NCBI RefSeq assembly: GCF_023055435.1
Contig: NW_025964383.1
Span: forward strand, 17,670,001-17,734,000
Length of the DNA: 64,000 nucleotides
Origin: Haliotis rufescens
Taxonomy: Eukaryota
Direction of reading: 5' to 3'
Shown here in pieces: positions 11,369 to 24,736 of the stretch; position 1 is the first letter of the stretch, and each line of letters starts with the position of its first letter. Made by a program: the position numbers and the translations under genes. The notes under the pieces were generated by a model. The model did no database searches and had not been told where the DNA came from. It saw only the letters and a list, made by a program, of their open reading frames with translations.

Positions 11369-14300
11369 ATATTAATATTATGTCGAAGAATGTATTGCCA
11401 GAAGAAATAATACAACACATCGCTTCAACGTGAAATGGGGACTTTTGTTGATATATTAAATCCCCGTACATAACCCATCATACTTTTATCTTCATATATA
11501 ATAAATCCACTACAACAGCGTTTAATCACTAGTTGATACTGATTCATCAACACATGCTCATGATATCGTCGAAATCGCACAATCGAGACTTTTTTTTAAT
11601 ACGGAAAGGTTTTTGTCGCTTTTATTCAAGTTTTCTATCATGTATTTACCACCAGCAAAATTGTGCGATACATACTACATTATATTGAAGTCTTGGTAAA
11701 GACTGTTACGGCAATATTACCTTCGCTGACAATTATATCCTTCGCTGTGTGACCTTCCAGTGTCCGGTCTTGAGTGGCCTACGAGGAGAGAGCTTGTACC
11801 AGATACGTCTAGTGCATGTCAGAACGTTTATGCACAAATATTGGGGATCATGGTAGGACCAAGGTTTAGCAATCTTATCGAAGATGGCAGACTGAGCCTT
11901 GATTGCAGGTTAGTATCGTAATTCGCTAATAAAATCTTTTAAAATAATTAATTGTAAAGCTGTTTCCTTTCAAAGAAAGTAATCGTCATCCTCTGACGAG
12001 TGAGTGAGTGAGTTAAAATTTAACGTCGCATCGGCATTATTCCAGCCACATTGCGACAAGACCAAGTTAATAAGTTAATAATTGAGTCATTTATGCAACG
12101 TTTCATTTAAAAACAATTTATGAAACATATTTGAGCACAACAATATCATGCATACATTTTTAAAACACGGGCTAATGTCCACCGGTAACCAAAGCTAGGT
12201 CACCTCGCTGGGGATCATGGGGACTTACAGCACCTCGGCTTCCTGCATAATTCACCCAGCAGGATTTACGTCATCACTTTAGCTACTGATGGTTGTGCAT
12301 AATACAAGCCAATATTAAAAAATACTCAGCAATTAGTAGGCTTAAAAACACTGGTTGATGATATTTCCTGTCATGAAAATCATTCCAAGATCCAGTCGAT
12401 TGCTGAAAAGTTGTTCTAACAAGGATATCAGTCTACTTTCAGTAATTGTGTTTATCGTAACGCTCCGATAGCCTAGAGTGTTATTGATGTCAACTATTGA
12501 TATTTGAATTTGCCACCTTTGTACTGCCATGGAGACATGAACAATTGCCATGCATTGGTAGTTCGAGCAAGCATTACACTCATTAATCGTAACCATACAA
12601 TCCCATCCGTATGTGATATGCTTACATAGTAGAAGTCGGGTAAAGTTACAAGGGTCATTTTGTAAATATGACAACTTCTTACTAACTATTATTTAATGTG
12701 CCATATTGATAAAGCTGTTATTATTTTCACCGAACCACCGCAACATTGATAATGAAGAGGTTGGCACACATACAAATTAACTGAATTACCAACCACTTAC
12801 ATTCAACCTTCAGAATATAATTCGAATGTTAGGCAGAAAGACTTGCAATAAATATTTTCTCTTTGCAGCCAGCAGATATTGAGAACAGCAGATGAATGCC
12901 AACGATCAGAGTCTGTGAGAAGATCATATTTGATAGTTGAACGTCTGAACATTGCCCTCAATACCTTCTGTAGCCACAAACCAGGTATACGCATGTCCAG
13001 TTTTCTAAGAGCAGCTGCTTCTGAAATGTTAGCCCGTGTACCACATTGATTGACATGTTGATTCCTTAAATTAATTGACAATGCTATCCAAGATTTACAA
13101 CGATTTACTATGGCAGATGTGTTTAACTTAACAAGGCCTTCATAAATAGCTATCAGATGTCATGTGTTGAATTCATCAAATCTTACAGAAATCGAGGGAG
13201 AGGCGTCATGTTGGACCAGTAAAGAATTGCCGGAGACTGTTGTTTCATGTTCACAAGAAGACAGGTAGGGTGACTGTACGAGTGTCCATTGACATCTACT
13301 GAATAAATAACTTAAGACAACTTACACAGGTAGATTAACTATACCTTCTGTACATCTAGATGTCTAGATAAAACATATGGATTGATAGACTATACAATGC
13401 GTACATCTTAAAAACCGAAGTAAAGCATACATGGATAGGTGAACTGTTTATTGTGTACATCTACAGGTGCAATGATAAGAGATGAAATATGATTCCCTTT
13501 GTCACAAAATGACGTCCGTTCTGCGTTATATTGTGAAAAACATGCGTTTTCAATACAAGGAGTATTGACCGTAGGTATCGGAAGTTCAGACGATAGATAC
13601 ATTCGGAACGTTTCTGAGCGACTTCAATTACCTCTTATTTCATTACAATGATTTAATTCTAACTGGCATGTACACAGTGTCGCAATGGAGATGTGTGACG
13701 ATATGTGGTGTCTGTACGGATATATGGCCCCTTGAAGTGTCCAATACTTTCATGAAATGTAGACATCTTCCATGGATCATTTGGTAAATGCATTCGTGAT
13801 GCACGTAAACTTACTGGATATTTGCAAGACATCAGTCCGGTGTCAGTCACAAACGTCAGGGTACGTGCGGTAATGCACAATTACCCTATCAAAAGATATC
13901 TAAATTGATAATTAGGTCTTTGGAATTTTAGGTAGATTGATGGTGAAATTATCCTTCCGATTTGGTACCGGAACAGGGGTGGTCCTGTCGTCTAAGGCGC
14001 CGCGATTCGCTGTGCAGAGTTGCGACCCTTGGGCACGCAAGAAACCTATTATTCTGAGTTCGAATCCAGGTTCTTATGTTTCTAGGTTGTCAGCACAATA
14101 CCTGAATCACTTTGGGCTTTCCTCCCACATTTAGCTGACACGCCATTATATAACCGGAAGGGTAATGGTAAATCTTTGAGACAGGCATTCGGGGTACATT
14201 TTTTGGACCAAGCAAAATATTTCTCTTCACAGTGGAAACATCATGTAAGACCTGCCTCACTTCCTGTTTTCCTGCCTTAAGTTGACCTAAATAACAAATT

Positions 14301-14557
14301 TGCACCTTTATTATTATAATAAAAAAGACACTTGTGACGAGATAATTGCAATATATGAATCAAATGTCTCCATTAACCCGAGTGCCTTATTTGGCGACAA
14401 GATGTTCAATAGACATGTTATTATTTACTAAATATGTTTATTCTGTTTCAGTCGTGCTTTTGCTGAATGTGCTGACCAAAATGTGAGCAATCTCCGAGAG
14501 TGCACCAACACTACTGGCGCCATCTTCCGGCAGCTGATTGTGGATTTGTATCGTTAG
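10797..14557 (+). CDS. Copy 2: intact 5-exon gene, 162-aa putative secreted Cys-rich protein
   Basis: join(10797-10839,11761-11908,12869-12984,13189-13264,14452-14557), all GT-AG and phase-compatible. MKFVMCVAAVLLSSVSGLEWPTRRELVPDTSSACQNVYAQILGIMVGPRFSNLIEDGRLSLDCSQQILRTADECQRSESVRRSYLIVERLNIALNTFCSHKPEIEGEASCWTSKELPETVVSCSQEDSRAFAECADQNVSNLRECTNTTGAIFRQLIVDLYR*. TATA at 10740, AATAAA at 14623. Synonymous differences between copies (GAA/GAG, CGA/AGA, TGC/TGT) support the frame. Confidence 0.88.
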
Positions 14558-15130
14558 ACGTATCCATGCAAACACACCTTCCGATAAAACTGGAGCAAAA
14601 CATTATGTTATGTTTGAATCTTAATAAATTAGTCTGAATTTCGACCATGCCTGTGTTTCTGGTACTTTTTGGCAAATGTCGACAACGCGAGAATGCAACA
14701 TTTGGACATGATGCAAAATCTCACAGTCCCGCAATCTGGACTTGTCAAGTTAGGTCACAAAAACACGAAATCGCAAGAATGCGACAATTCATTTTCTCGC
14801 GTTTTAGACGCTGTCCGTGCGCATGCGTAATATCATAAGGGTCAAGGCGCATGCCCACATCAGAAGTCCTCTGGTCATGCTTCTTTCATGCTCTATATTG
14901 TCCAAGTAGCATTTAGCAAACTTATGACTTTAGCTTGAAAATTCTATGTAATGTTCATACACAAAGTCTTATGTAGTGTATTCAAGTCCTCTCCCGTTTG
15001 TTACAGTCTAATTAAGACCATCAACATACTCAGTATAATTTAACCAAAGACAGTGACACCAATACTTTGATATTAGATATAATGTGTTCATTTCGGGAAG
15101 ATGCGTTGATCAGTCAAATAACACTAACTT

Positions 15131-15179
<49 letters not shown>

Positions 15180-15945
15180 ATCATAACAATAAGTCCGACG
15201 ATTACAAAACTAAACATTAACGCGTGGCACACTTTGGCGCCAGATATGCAAATGTCAAAGGCATGCTAGAACATATTATGGAAAGTCGTTGTCAAACAGT
15301 CAAGGGCAATGTTGAAATATCGAAGCCACTCATTGTGTTCCATGACCACAACATCACTGGCTTTGAAGGAAGCGTTGAAATATAAAGTATCCATATACGG
15401 TCGGACGTCTGTGGGTGCAAAGTAAGGGTTGAATGATACACAGTTGATGATCAGTATCTAACCGTCACTGGGGTCCAAAGAATATTCAAAATATAAAAGG
15501 ACATTCGTTCTCACATCATTATATGGTTTAATGGAAGAATTGAAATACTTGTACATTTGCGAATATTGTTGCTTCTCATCGGCTCAAAGGGAGAGTTGAG
15601 GTATACAAAGATGTGCCTCGTTGTCAGGGGATTTCAAGTGAGAGTTGAAATATGAATGCGTTCTTCAGAACAGGTACATAGCTGGTGCATTAATATGAAG
15701 GGTGATCAACAACTGATTAAGATGCCTAAATATATTATATTTAATGCCACTTTTCACAATTTCAAATGGCCAAAAAATGTCGGACTGCTATAAAACTAAC
15801 TACTCGAAGTGAATATCATACAACGCTGACGGTTTAGTCATCAGTTTCGACTGGTATGTATTATCGCTGACATTATGTATTTAAGGCAATGTGCCAAGTC
15901 TCGATCTGATGTCAGGAAAACAGGTATACGATGACATGCATCAAC

Positions 15946-16172
15946 GACCCGTGAAGTTTCCGGGATAGAGTTGGTCTTCAGCAACCCATAGTTGCCGTAA
16001 AAGGTGACTATGCTTATCGTAAAAGGCGACTAACGGGATCGGGTGGTCAGGCTCGCTGACTTGGTGATACATGCCATCGATCCCAATTGCCATCGATCGA
16101 TTATTTACAGACAGCCGTCATATAGCTGGAAAATTGCTGAGTGCGGCGTTAAACAACAAACAAAGAAACAAA
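15946..16172 (+). mobile_element. Nested insertion of the same SINE-like family, unique to the unit of copy 3
   Basis: Begins gacccgtgaag, ends in an (aaac)n tail, and is flanked by 12-bp TSD acatgcatcaac (15934-15945, 16173-16184). It sits inside an older antisense fragment of the same family. Confidence 0.85.
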
Positions 16173-17703
16173 ACATGCATCAACCAAGTCAGCGAGTCTG
16201 ACCTTCCGATCCCGTTAGTCGCCTCTTGCTACAACCACCTCTCACGACAATACTAATGAATACTATCACTGTATGTTTGGACAATACCGGTATATTGTCT
16301 TTTTCCAACATCCTGCATATCTTCACACGAGGCGACTAACGGGGTCGGGTGGTCAGGCTCGCTGACTTGGTTGTTGGTCATTGTATCCCAATTGCGTGCG
16401 TCGATGCTCATGATGTAATCTCTGGATTGTCTGGTCCAATCTCGATTATTTACAGACCGCCGTCATTTAGCTGGAATATTGCTGAGTGCGGCGTTTAACA
16501 ACAAACAAACAAAACAAAGACCTGATGGAAAACTTTACACAAGCAGGTGACAAATCGAATTCAATTATGAAAATAAAGGAAATTAGCAACGGTTTTCTGT
16601 GATCGAAAAGACGAATTGTTTCGCGACTAGATTCCTGTATATAATGTGTCTTTACGCATGTTTTGTGACCATAGCAACATCCCACAGAATACAAACATGT
16701 AAAAAATGTGCAGGGATGGGGGGTATTCATGTTCAACAAATTACTGCTCAAATGCAATATATGTGGTACATATCGCAATACATGAATCATGATTGCAAAA
16801 AAATTGCAATATGAAATTCAGGTCAAGGTCCATCACTGTTGACAACCAATTCTTCTTCGAAATTCCTTTGGGATATTTAGCAGTAGTCAGTTGGGTGTTC
16901 ACGCACCTTTGAAATGTTAATGTCTTAGCTGAATGTCTCTCCTTATTGTTCCATCAAATTAAGTCGTTATACAGATTTATAGGAAAGTCGGATAATTTTT
17001 GGCATATTATTCAGTTTACTGAATTCCTCATAACCTTTTAAGTTGACAAATGACTTGGAAGGATGATTACTCTTGCAATTGAAACAAATTGGAAAAATCA
17101 TTATCTTTTCTGAATGCTTCTTATATAAACACCTGGGATGTTCTGTGACACCGTGCACATCGACTGCATGCTGCCAGGATGATGTTTGTGATGTGTGTTG
17201 CTGCTGCTCTCCTCTCATCTGGTAGGTAACCATTATACTGTAGCATGTTTCAGTATGTATACATGGCAGACTAACGAAACGAGTTGCATACCATAAGCAT
17301 GCCAGCCAGCACATAATGATCGTTGATTTAAATCCCAGATACATCCTCATTATAATCCTTATCACGCTACCTCATTACACTGGTCTATAACAGAAAACTG
17401 TTAAAAGCGGCGTTTAACATCTCATTCACTGATTCCGTCGATGTGGTCACTTTGTGTGGACGATAGTTGACATATATGTGTTACAACTTGCTGTGTTTCT
17501 CGAGAATGCATAATTGTCAACAACTTTTTGTTGGATCTAAAACAATTCTTAACTGTACAATATTGATAATAAATCTGATGCTTAATAACATCTTTCTCAA
17601 TAATATTGTAATAGCAGCAAAACGACACATTGACATATGAGTAAAAAATGGTTAAAGGTGTGCTTCTCCAAATTCATAAAAGTTATGGAAGATATTATGT
17701 CGA

Positions 17704-17977
17704 CATACCAGTCGAAACTGATGACTAAACCGTCAGCGTTGTATTATATTCACTTCGAGTAGTTAGTTTTATAGCAGTACGACATGTTTCGGCCATTTGA
17801 AATTGTGAATAGTGGCATTAAATATAATATATTTAGGCCCCTTAATCAGTTGTTGATCACTCTTAATATTAATGCACTAGCTAAGTACCTATTCTGAATA
17901 ACGCATTCATATTTCAACTCTCCCTTGAAATCCCCTTCACGTTGAAGCGATGTGTAATATTTTTTCTTCTGGCAATA
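17704..17977 (-). repeat. Complex inverted duplication in intron 1 of copy 3
   Basis: 17704-17935 is the reverse complement of upstream unit sequence (equivalent to 15627-15858). It is followed by an inverted copy of ~42 nt of local intron sequence. Confidence 0.9.
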
Positions 17978-20900
17978 ATACAACACATCGCTTCAACGTG
18001 AAATGGGGACTTTTTGTTGATATATTCAATCCCCGTACATAACCCATCATACTCTTCTCTTCATATATAATAAATCCACTACAACAGCGTTAAATCACTA
18101 GTTGATATGGATTCATCAACACATGCTCACCATATCATCGGAATCGTACAATCGAGACTTTTTTTGAATACGGAAAGGTTTTTGTCGCTTTTATTCAAAT
18201 CTCCTATCATGTATTTTACCACCAGCAAAATTCTGAGATACATACTACATTATGTTGAAGTCTTGGTAAAGACTATTACGACAATATTACCTTCGCTGAC
18301 AATTATATCCTTCTGTGTGACCTTCCAGTGTCCGGTCTTGAGTGGCCTACGAGGAGAGAGCTTGTACCAGATACATCTAGTGCATGTCAGAACGTTTATG
18401 CACAAATATTGGGGATCATGTTTAGACCAAGTTTTAGCAGTTTTATCGAAGATGGCAGACTGAGCCTTGATTGCAGGTAAGTATCGTAATTCGCTAATAA
18501 AATCTTTTTAAACAATAATTGTTAAGCTGTTTCCTTTCAGAGAAAGTAATCGTCAACCTCTGACGAGTGAGTGAGTGAGTTAAAATTTAACGTCGCATCG
18601 GCATTATTCCAGCCATATTGCGACAAGACCAAGTTAATAAGTTTACAATTGAGTCAATTATGCAACCTTATATTTAAAAACAATTCATGAAACATATTTG
18701 AGCATAATAATATCATGTATACGTTTTTAAAACACGGGCTAATGGCAACCGGTAACCAAAGCTAGGCCACCTCGCTGGGGATCATGGGGACTTACAGTAC
18801 CTCGGCTTCCTGCGTCATACCCCAGCACCCATGACTTTAGCTACTGGTGGTTGTGCATAATACTAGCCAATATTAAAAACTACTCAGCCATTAGTAGGCT
18901 TAAAAACACTGGTTGGTCATATTGACTGTCATGAAAATCATTCCAAGGTCAACTCGATTGCTGGAAAGTTGTTCTAACAAGGATATCAAGTCTACTTTCA
19001 GTAATTGTGTATATCGTAACTCTCCGATAGCCTAGAGTGTTATTGATGTCAACTATTGATATTTGAATTTGCCACCTTTGTACTGCCATGGAGACATGAA
19101 CAATTGCCATACATTGTAGTTCGAGCAAGCATTCCACTCATTAATCGTAATCATACAATCCCATCCGCATGTGATATGCTTACATAGTAGAAGTCGGGTA
19201 AAGTAACAAGAGTCATTTTGTAAATATGACAACTTCTTACTAACTATTATTTAATGTGCCATATTAATAATGAAGAGGTTGGCACTCATACAAATTAACT
19301 GAATTTCCAACGACTTACATTCTACCTTCAGAATATAATTCGAATGTTAGGCAGAAAGACTTGCAATAAATATTTTCTCTTTCCAACCAGCAGACATTGA
19401 CAAGAGCAGATGAATGCCAACGATCAGGGTATTCGAGAAGATCACATTTCGAAGTTGAACAGCTGAACATTGCCCTCAAAACCTTCTGTAGCCACAAACC
19501 AGGTGTACGCATGTCCACCTTTCTGAGAGCAGCTGCTTCTGAAATGTTAGCCCGTGTACCACCTTGAGTGACATGTTGATTCCTTAAATTATTTGACAAT
19601 GTTCTCCAAGATTTACTACGATTTAATATGGCAGATGTGTTTAACTTTACAAGACCTTCATAAATAACTATTAGATGCTACGTGTTGAATTCATCAAACC
19701 TTTCTGTTACAGAAATCGAGAGAGAGGCGTCATGTTGGACCAGTGAAGAATTGCCGGAGGCTCTTGTTTCATGTTCACAAGATGACAGGTAGGGTGACTG
19801 TACGAGTGTCCATTGACATCTACTGATTAATACCTTAAGGCAACTTACACAGGCAGATTAACTATACCTTCTGTACATCTAGATGTCTAGATAAAACATA
19901 TGGATTGATAGACTAGACAATGCGTACATCTCGAAGCCGAATTATAACATACATGGATAGGTGAACTGTTTATTGTGTACATCTACAGGTGAAATGATAA
20001 GAGGTGAAATAGGATTCCCTTTGTCACAAAATGACGGCCGTTCTGCGTTAATTGTGAAAAACATGCGATCGGTTCCATCATAAATGCCTGTCTGTGCACA
20101 GTATCGTCTGTAAGTTCTGGTGAAGAATAATCTTCGAGGAAGAATTCACGTTTCTAAGAATAAATGGCGATGAAGACGACAGAAATTGACACTTCATGCA
20201 AGGAGTATTGATCGTAGATACCGGAAGTTCAGACGATAGATACATTCGGAACGTTTCTGTGCGACTTCAATTACCTCTTATTTCATCACAACGAATTAAT
20301 TCTAACTGGCATGTACACAGTGTCGCTTTGTGGATGTGTGACGATATGTGGTGTCTGTACGGACATATGGCCCCTTGAAGTGTCCAATACTTTCATGAAA
20401 TGTAGACAACTTCCATGAATCATTTGGTAAATGCATTCGTGATGCACGTAAACTTACTGGATCTTTGCAAGACATCAGTCCGGTGTCAGTCACAAACGTC
20501 AGGGCGCGTACAGTAACGCACAATTACCCTATCAAAAGATATCTAAATTGATAACTTGGTCTTTGGAATTTTCAGTAGAATGACTATACAGACGGTGAAA
20601 TTATCCTTCCGATTTGTGGTCCTTCTTAGAATAAAAAACTCAACAGCTCGGGTATTGCTGAGTGTGGCGTTAAACAAATAAATAAATATGGTTATGAGGA
20701 ATCTCCTAACTAGTGCATGAAGAGATACTAATTAATTTGTAGTTACAAAGTGAAATTATGCACGGAGACTGTACAGGTTGCACCTGCATTAATGCTTCAA
20801 TTGTGAGTGAATAGAACAACTGGCAAAAAACACATCACCAACTGATGGACTTTCGTTTGACTTTAAGACCAATATATCAGCTTCCAGCAAGTATCTAAAC

Positions 20901-21913
20901 AGTGACTTACTGTAGTTGGTTTGCTTGTTGTTTTACGCCGCACTCTGCAATATTCCAGCTATATGACGGCGGTCTGTAAATAATCGAGTCTGGACCAGAC
21001 AACCCAGTGATCGATATCATTAGCATCGATCAACGGAATTGGGATCGATGACATGCATCAACCAAGTCAGCGATCCTGACCACCGATCCCGTTAGTCGCC
21101 TTTTACGACAAGCATAGTCTCCTTTTACGGCAAGCATGGGTTGTTGAAGACCAATTCTACCCTGAATCTTCACGGGGCTGCTCTAACTGTAAGTAGGTAC
21201 CCCTAGTGTGATGGTCCCAGTGTTCACGTTACTAACAGCACCGATACAATGCCCCTATATATATGAGTATGTGAGTGAGTATGGTTTTACGCCGCTTTTA
21301 GCAATATTCCAGCAATATTCCAGCAATATCACTGCGGGGTGGGCCTAAATATATAAAATTTGCACTTATATATCTATACGGCCAAATGTTAACACTCAAT
21401 GATAGGCGGATAAAAGCATCAATAAGACACTGATGCGTCAAATTTGAAAAAAAAAAATATTCTTATAAAATACTATAAACCGTAAATTCGTTCCTGTAAT
21501 CAAAAGAAAACGGCTGTTAAAACATGTGTTTATCAACCACTATCGGATTGTGGTTATTAGACCATTACTGATCGATCTGATAAATCTATATTCATGAAGC
21601 TTCAGAGAAACACTCTCAGCCAAATGTTTTCATTTTGACAGTCCAAGCTGTAATTCCGATTCATTTGCACAAATATACATCTCGTCAAGGTGGAAGCAAA
21701 TTGGACGCCCATGAGGATGCCTTTTTCTTGCATAAATGTCCTGTCCCAAAATTCCATACTGACGTTATGCACAAGGAAGTCGAATACCAGTATTTCACAT
21801 ATTGTTTTCTCAGCAAACCACAGATACATTTGCTTTCAGTATTAACACATTATCCTGACCCTTATGAAACAGTGATGAACCTATATAAATGGTCACCATG
21901 TTAGTGACAAATT

Positions 21914-22143
21914 GGGGACAGGGGTGGCCCTGTCGTCTAAGGCGCCGCCATTGCTGTGCAGAGATGCGTACCTTGGGTACGCAAGAAACCTATGATTGTG
22001 AGTTCGAATCCAGGTTCTCCCCGATTATGTTTCTAGGTTGTCAGCACCATACCTGAATCACTTCGGGCTTTCCTCCCACATTAAGTAGACACGCCATGAT
22101 ATAGCTGGAATACTGTTAAAAGCGGCGTTAAACACTCACTCAC
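21914..22143 (+). mobile_element. tRNA-derived SINE (same insertion as 177-406)
   Basis: Near-identical to 177-406, with TSD. Confidence 0.75.
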
Positions 22144-22801
22144 TAGTGACAAATGCCCTATTGATCAAGGTATTAAGTATTTCCTGCAGCTGATTTTGGA
22201 TATGTTTCTTTAGACGTATCCATGATAACACATTCAGATAAAAGTGGAGCAAAACATCATGTTATGTTTGAATCTTAATAAATGAGTCTGAATTTCGACC
22301 ATCGTTTCTTTAGCATTCTAGTAGCATGCCTGTGTTTCTGGTACATGCACATTTTGTGAAATGTCGACAATGCGAGAATGCGACATTTGGACATGATACA
22401 AAATCTCGCAATCACGCAATCTCGACTTGTCAAATTAGACCACAAAGACACGAAATCACGAGAATGCGACAATTCATTTTCTCGCGTTTTAGACGCTGTC
22501 CGTGCGCATGCGTAATATCATAAGGGTCAAGTCGCATGCCCACATCAGAAGTCCTGTTGTCATGCCTCTTTATTGTCCAAGTAGCATTTAGCAAACTTAT
22601 GACTTGAGCTTGAAAATTCTATGTAATGTTCATACACAAAGTCTTATGTAGTGTATTCAAGTCCTCTCCCGTTTGTTACAGTCTAATTAAGACCATCAAC
22701 ATACTCAGTATAATTTAACAAAAGACAGTGATACCAATACTTTGATATTAGATATTATGTGTTCATTTCGGGAAGATGCGTAGATCAGTCAAAGAACACT
22801 A

Positions 22802-22842
<41 letters not shown>

Positions 22843-22856
22843 AACTACTACTACTG

Positions 22857-22890
<34 letters not shown>

Positions 22891-24736
22891 ATCATAACAA
22901 TACGTCCGACGATTACAAAACTAAACATTAACGCGTTGCACACTTTGGCAGCAGATATGCAACAGGAGGTTTTATTTTACATTAAATATGTCTGCAGCAC
23001 TACCATCATTTCGTTTATTTACAAATGGTATTGACAGTGTTATCGTTGTTATCGTCACCTGATTAAATGGTAAAGTTGAAAGATATTCAAGACACACGTC
23101 CCAATCAAAGGTTTCAAAGGCAAGCTAGAACATATTGTGGTAAGACGTTGTCAAACAGTCAAAGGCAATGTTGAAATATCGAAGCCACTCATTGTGTTCC
23201 ATGACCACAACATCACTGGCTTTGAAGGAAGCATTGGAATATAAAGTTTCAACATACGGTTGGAAGTCTAATGGTGCAAAGTAAGCGTTGAATGATATAC
23301 AGTTGATTGTCAGTGTCTTACCGTCACTGGGGTCCAAAGGACATTCGAAATATAAAAGGACATTCGTTCTCACATCATTATATGGTTTAATGTAAGAATT
23401 GAAATACTTGTACATTTGCAAATCTCGTTGCTTGTCATCGGCTCAAAGGGAGAGTTGAAGTATTAAAAGATGTGCCTCGTCGTCAGGGGATTTCAAGGGA
23501 GAGTTGAAATATGAATGCGTTCTTCACAACAGGTACTTAGCTAGTGCATTAATATGAAGGGTGATCAACAACTGATTAAGGGGCCTAAATATATTATATT
23601 TAATGCCACTATTCACAATTTCAAATGGCCAAAAAATGTCGGACTGCTATAAAACTTACTACTCGAAGTGAATATAAAACAACGCTGAAGGTTTAGTCAT
23701 CAGTATCGACTGGTATGTATTATCGCTGACATTATGTATTTAAGGCAATGTGCCAAGTCTCGATCTGATGTCAGGAAAACAGGGATACGATGACATGCAT
23801 CAACCAAGTCAGCGAGTATGACCACCCGATCCCGTTAGTCGCCTCTTGTGACAACCACCACTTACGCCAATACTAATGAATACTATCACAGTATGTTTGG
23901 AAAATACCGGTATATTGTGTTTTTCCAACATCCTGCATATCTTCACACGAGGCGACTAACGGGATCGGGTGGTCACGCTCGCTGACTTGGTTTATGCATG
24001 TCATGTATCCCAATTGCGTGGATCGATGCTCATGATGTACATTACTGGATTGTCTGGTCCAGTCTCGATTATTTACAGACCGCCGTCATATAGCTGGAAT
24101 ATTGTTGAGTGCGGCGTTTAACAACAAACAAACAAACAAAAACACCTGATCGAAAAGGCGAATTGTTTTGCGACTAGTTTCCTGTATATAATGTGTCTTT
24201 ACGCATGTTTTGTGACCATAGCAACATCCCACAGAATACAAAGATGTCAAAAATGTGCAGGGATGGGGGGTGGGTGGGGGGTATTCATGTTCAACAAATT
24301 ACTGCTAATCTGCAATATATTGTGGTACATATTGCAATACATGAATCATTATTGCAATAAATTGCAATATGAAATTCAGGTCAAGGTCCATCACTGTTGA
24401 CAACCTATTCTTCTTCGAAATTTCCTTTGGGATATTTAGTTGTAGTCAGTTGGGTGTTCACGCCCCTGTGAAATGTTAATGTATCAGTTGAATGTCTCTC
24501 CTTATTGTTCCATCAAATTAAGTCGTTATACAGATTTATAGGAAAGTCGAATAATTGTGGGCGTATTATTCAGTTTACGGAATTCCTCATAACCTTTTAA
24601 CTTGACACATGACTTGGAAGGATGATTACTCTTGCAATTGAAACAAATTGGAAAATCATTAACTTTTCTGAATACTTCTTATATAAAAACCTGGGATGTT
24701 CTGTGACAACGAGCACATTGACTGCATGCTGCCAGG

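Larger units (their letters stand above)
17179..22213 (+). pseudogene. Copy 3: disabled paralog
   Basis: Exons 17179-17221, 18329-18476, 19387-19502, 19713-19788. The exon 3 acceptor is AA, not AG (19385-19386), and its donor is gtgtac. A ~0.47 kb deletion at ~22186 removes the acceptor and most of exon 5; only QLILDMFL* (22187-22213) remains. Confidence 0.82.

Noticed and set aside
12803-13081. Recurrent minus-strand ORF MSINLRNQH..., with apparent minus-strand splice signals
   Set aside because: It is the antisense shadow of exon 3. The + strand reading joins in phase to four other exons with a signal peptide and invariant Cys.
10797-14557. Identity with abalone lysin, sp18, VERL/ZP, defensin, C-type lectin or FREP
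   Set aside because: Sequence and Cys pattern match none of these as I know them, so no gene symbol is assigned.
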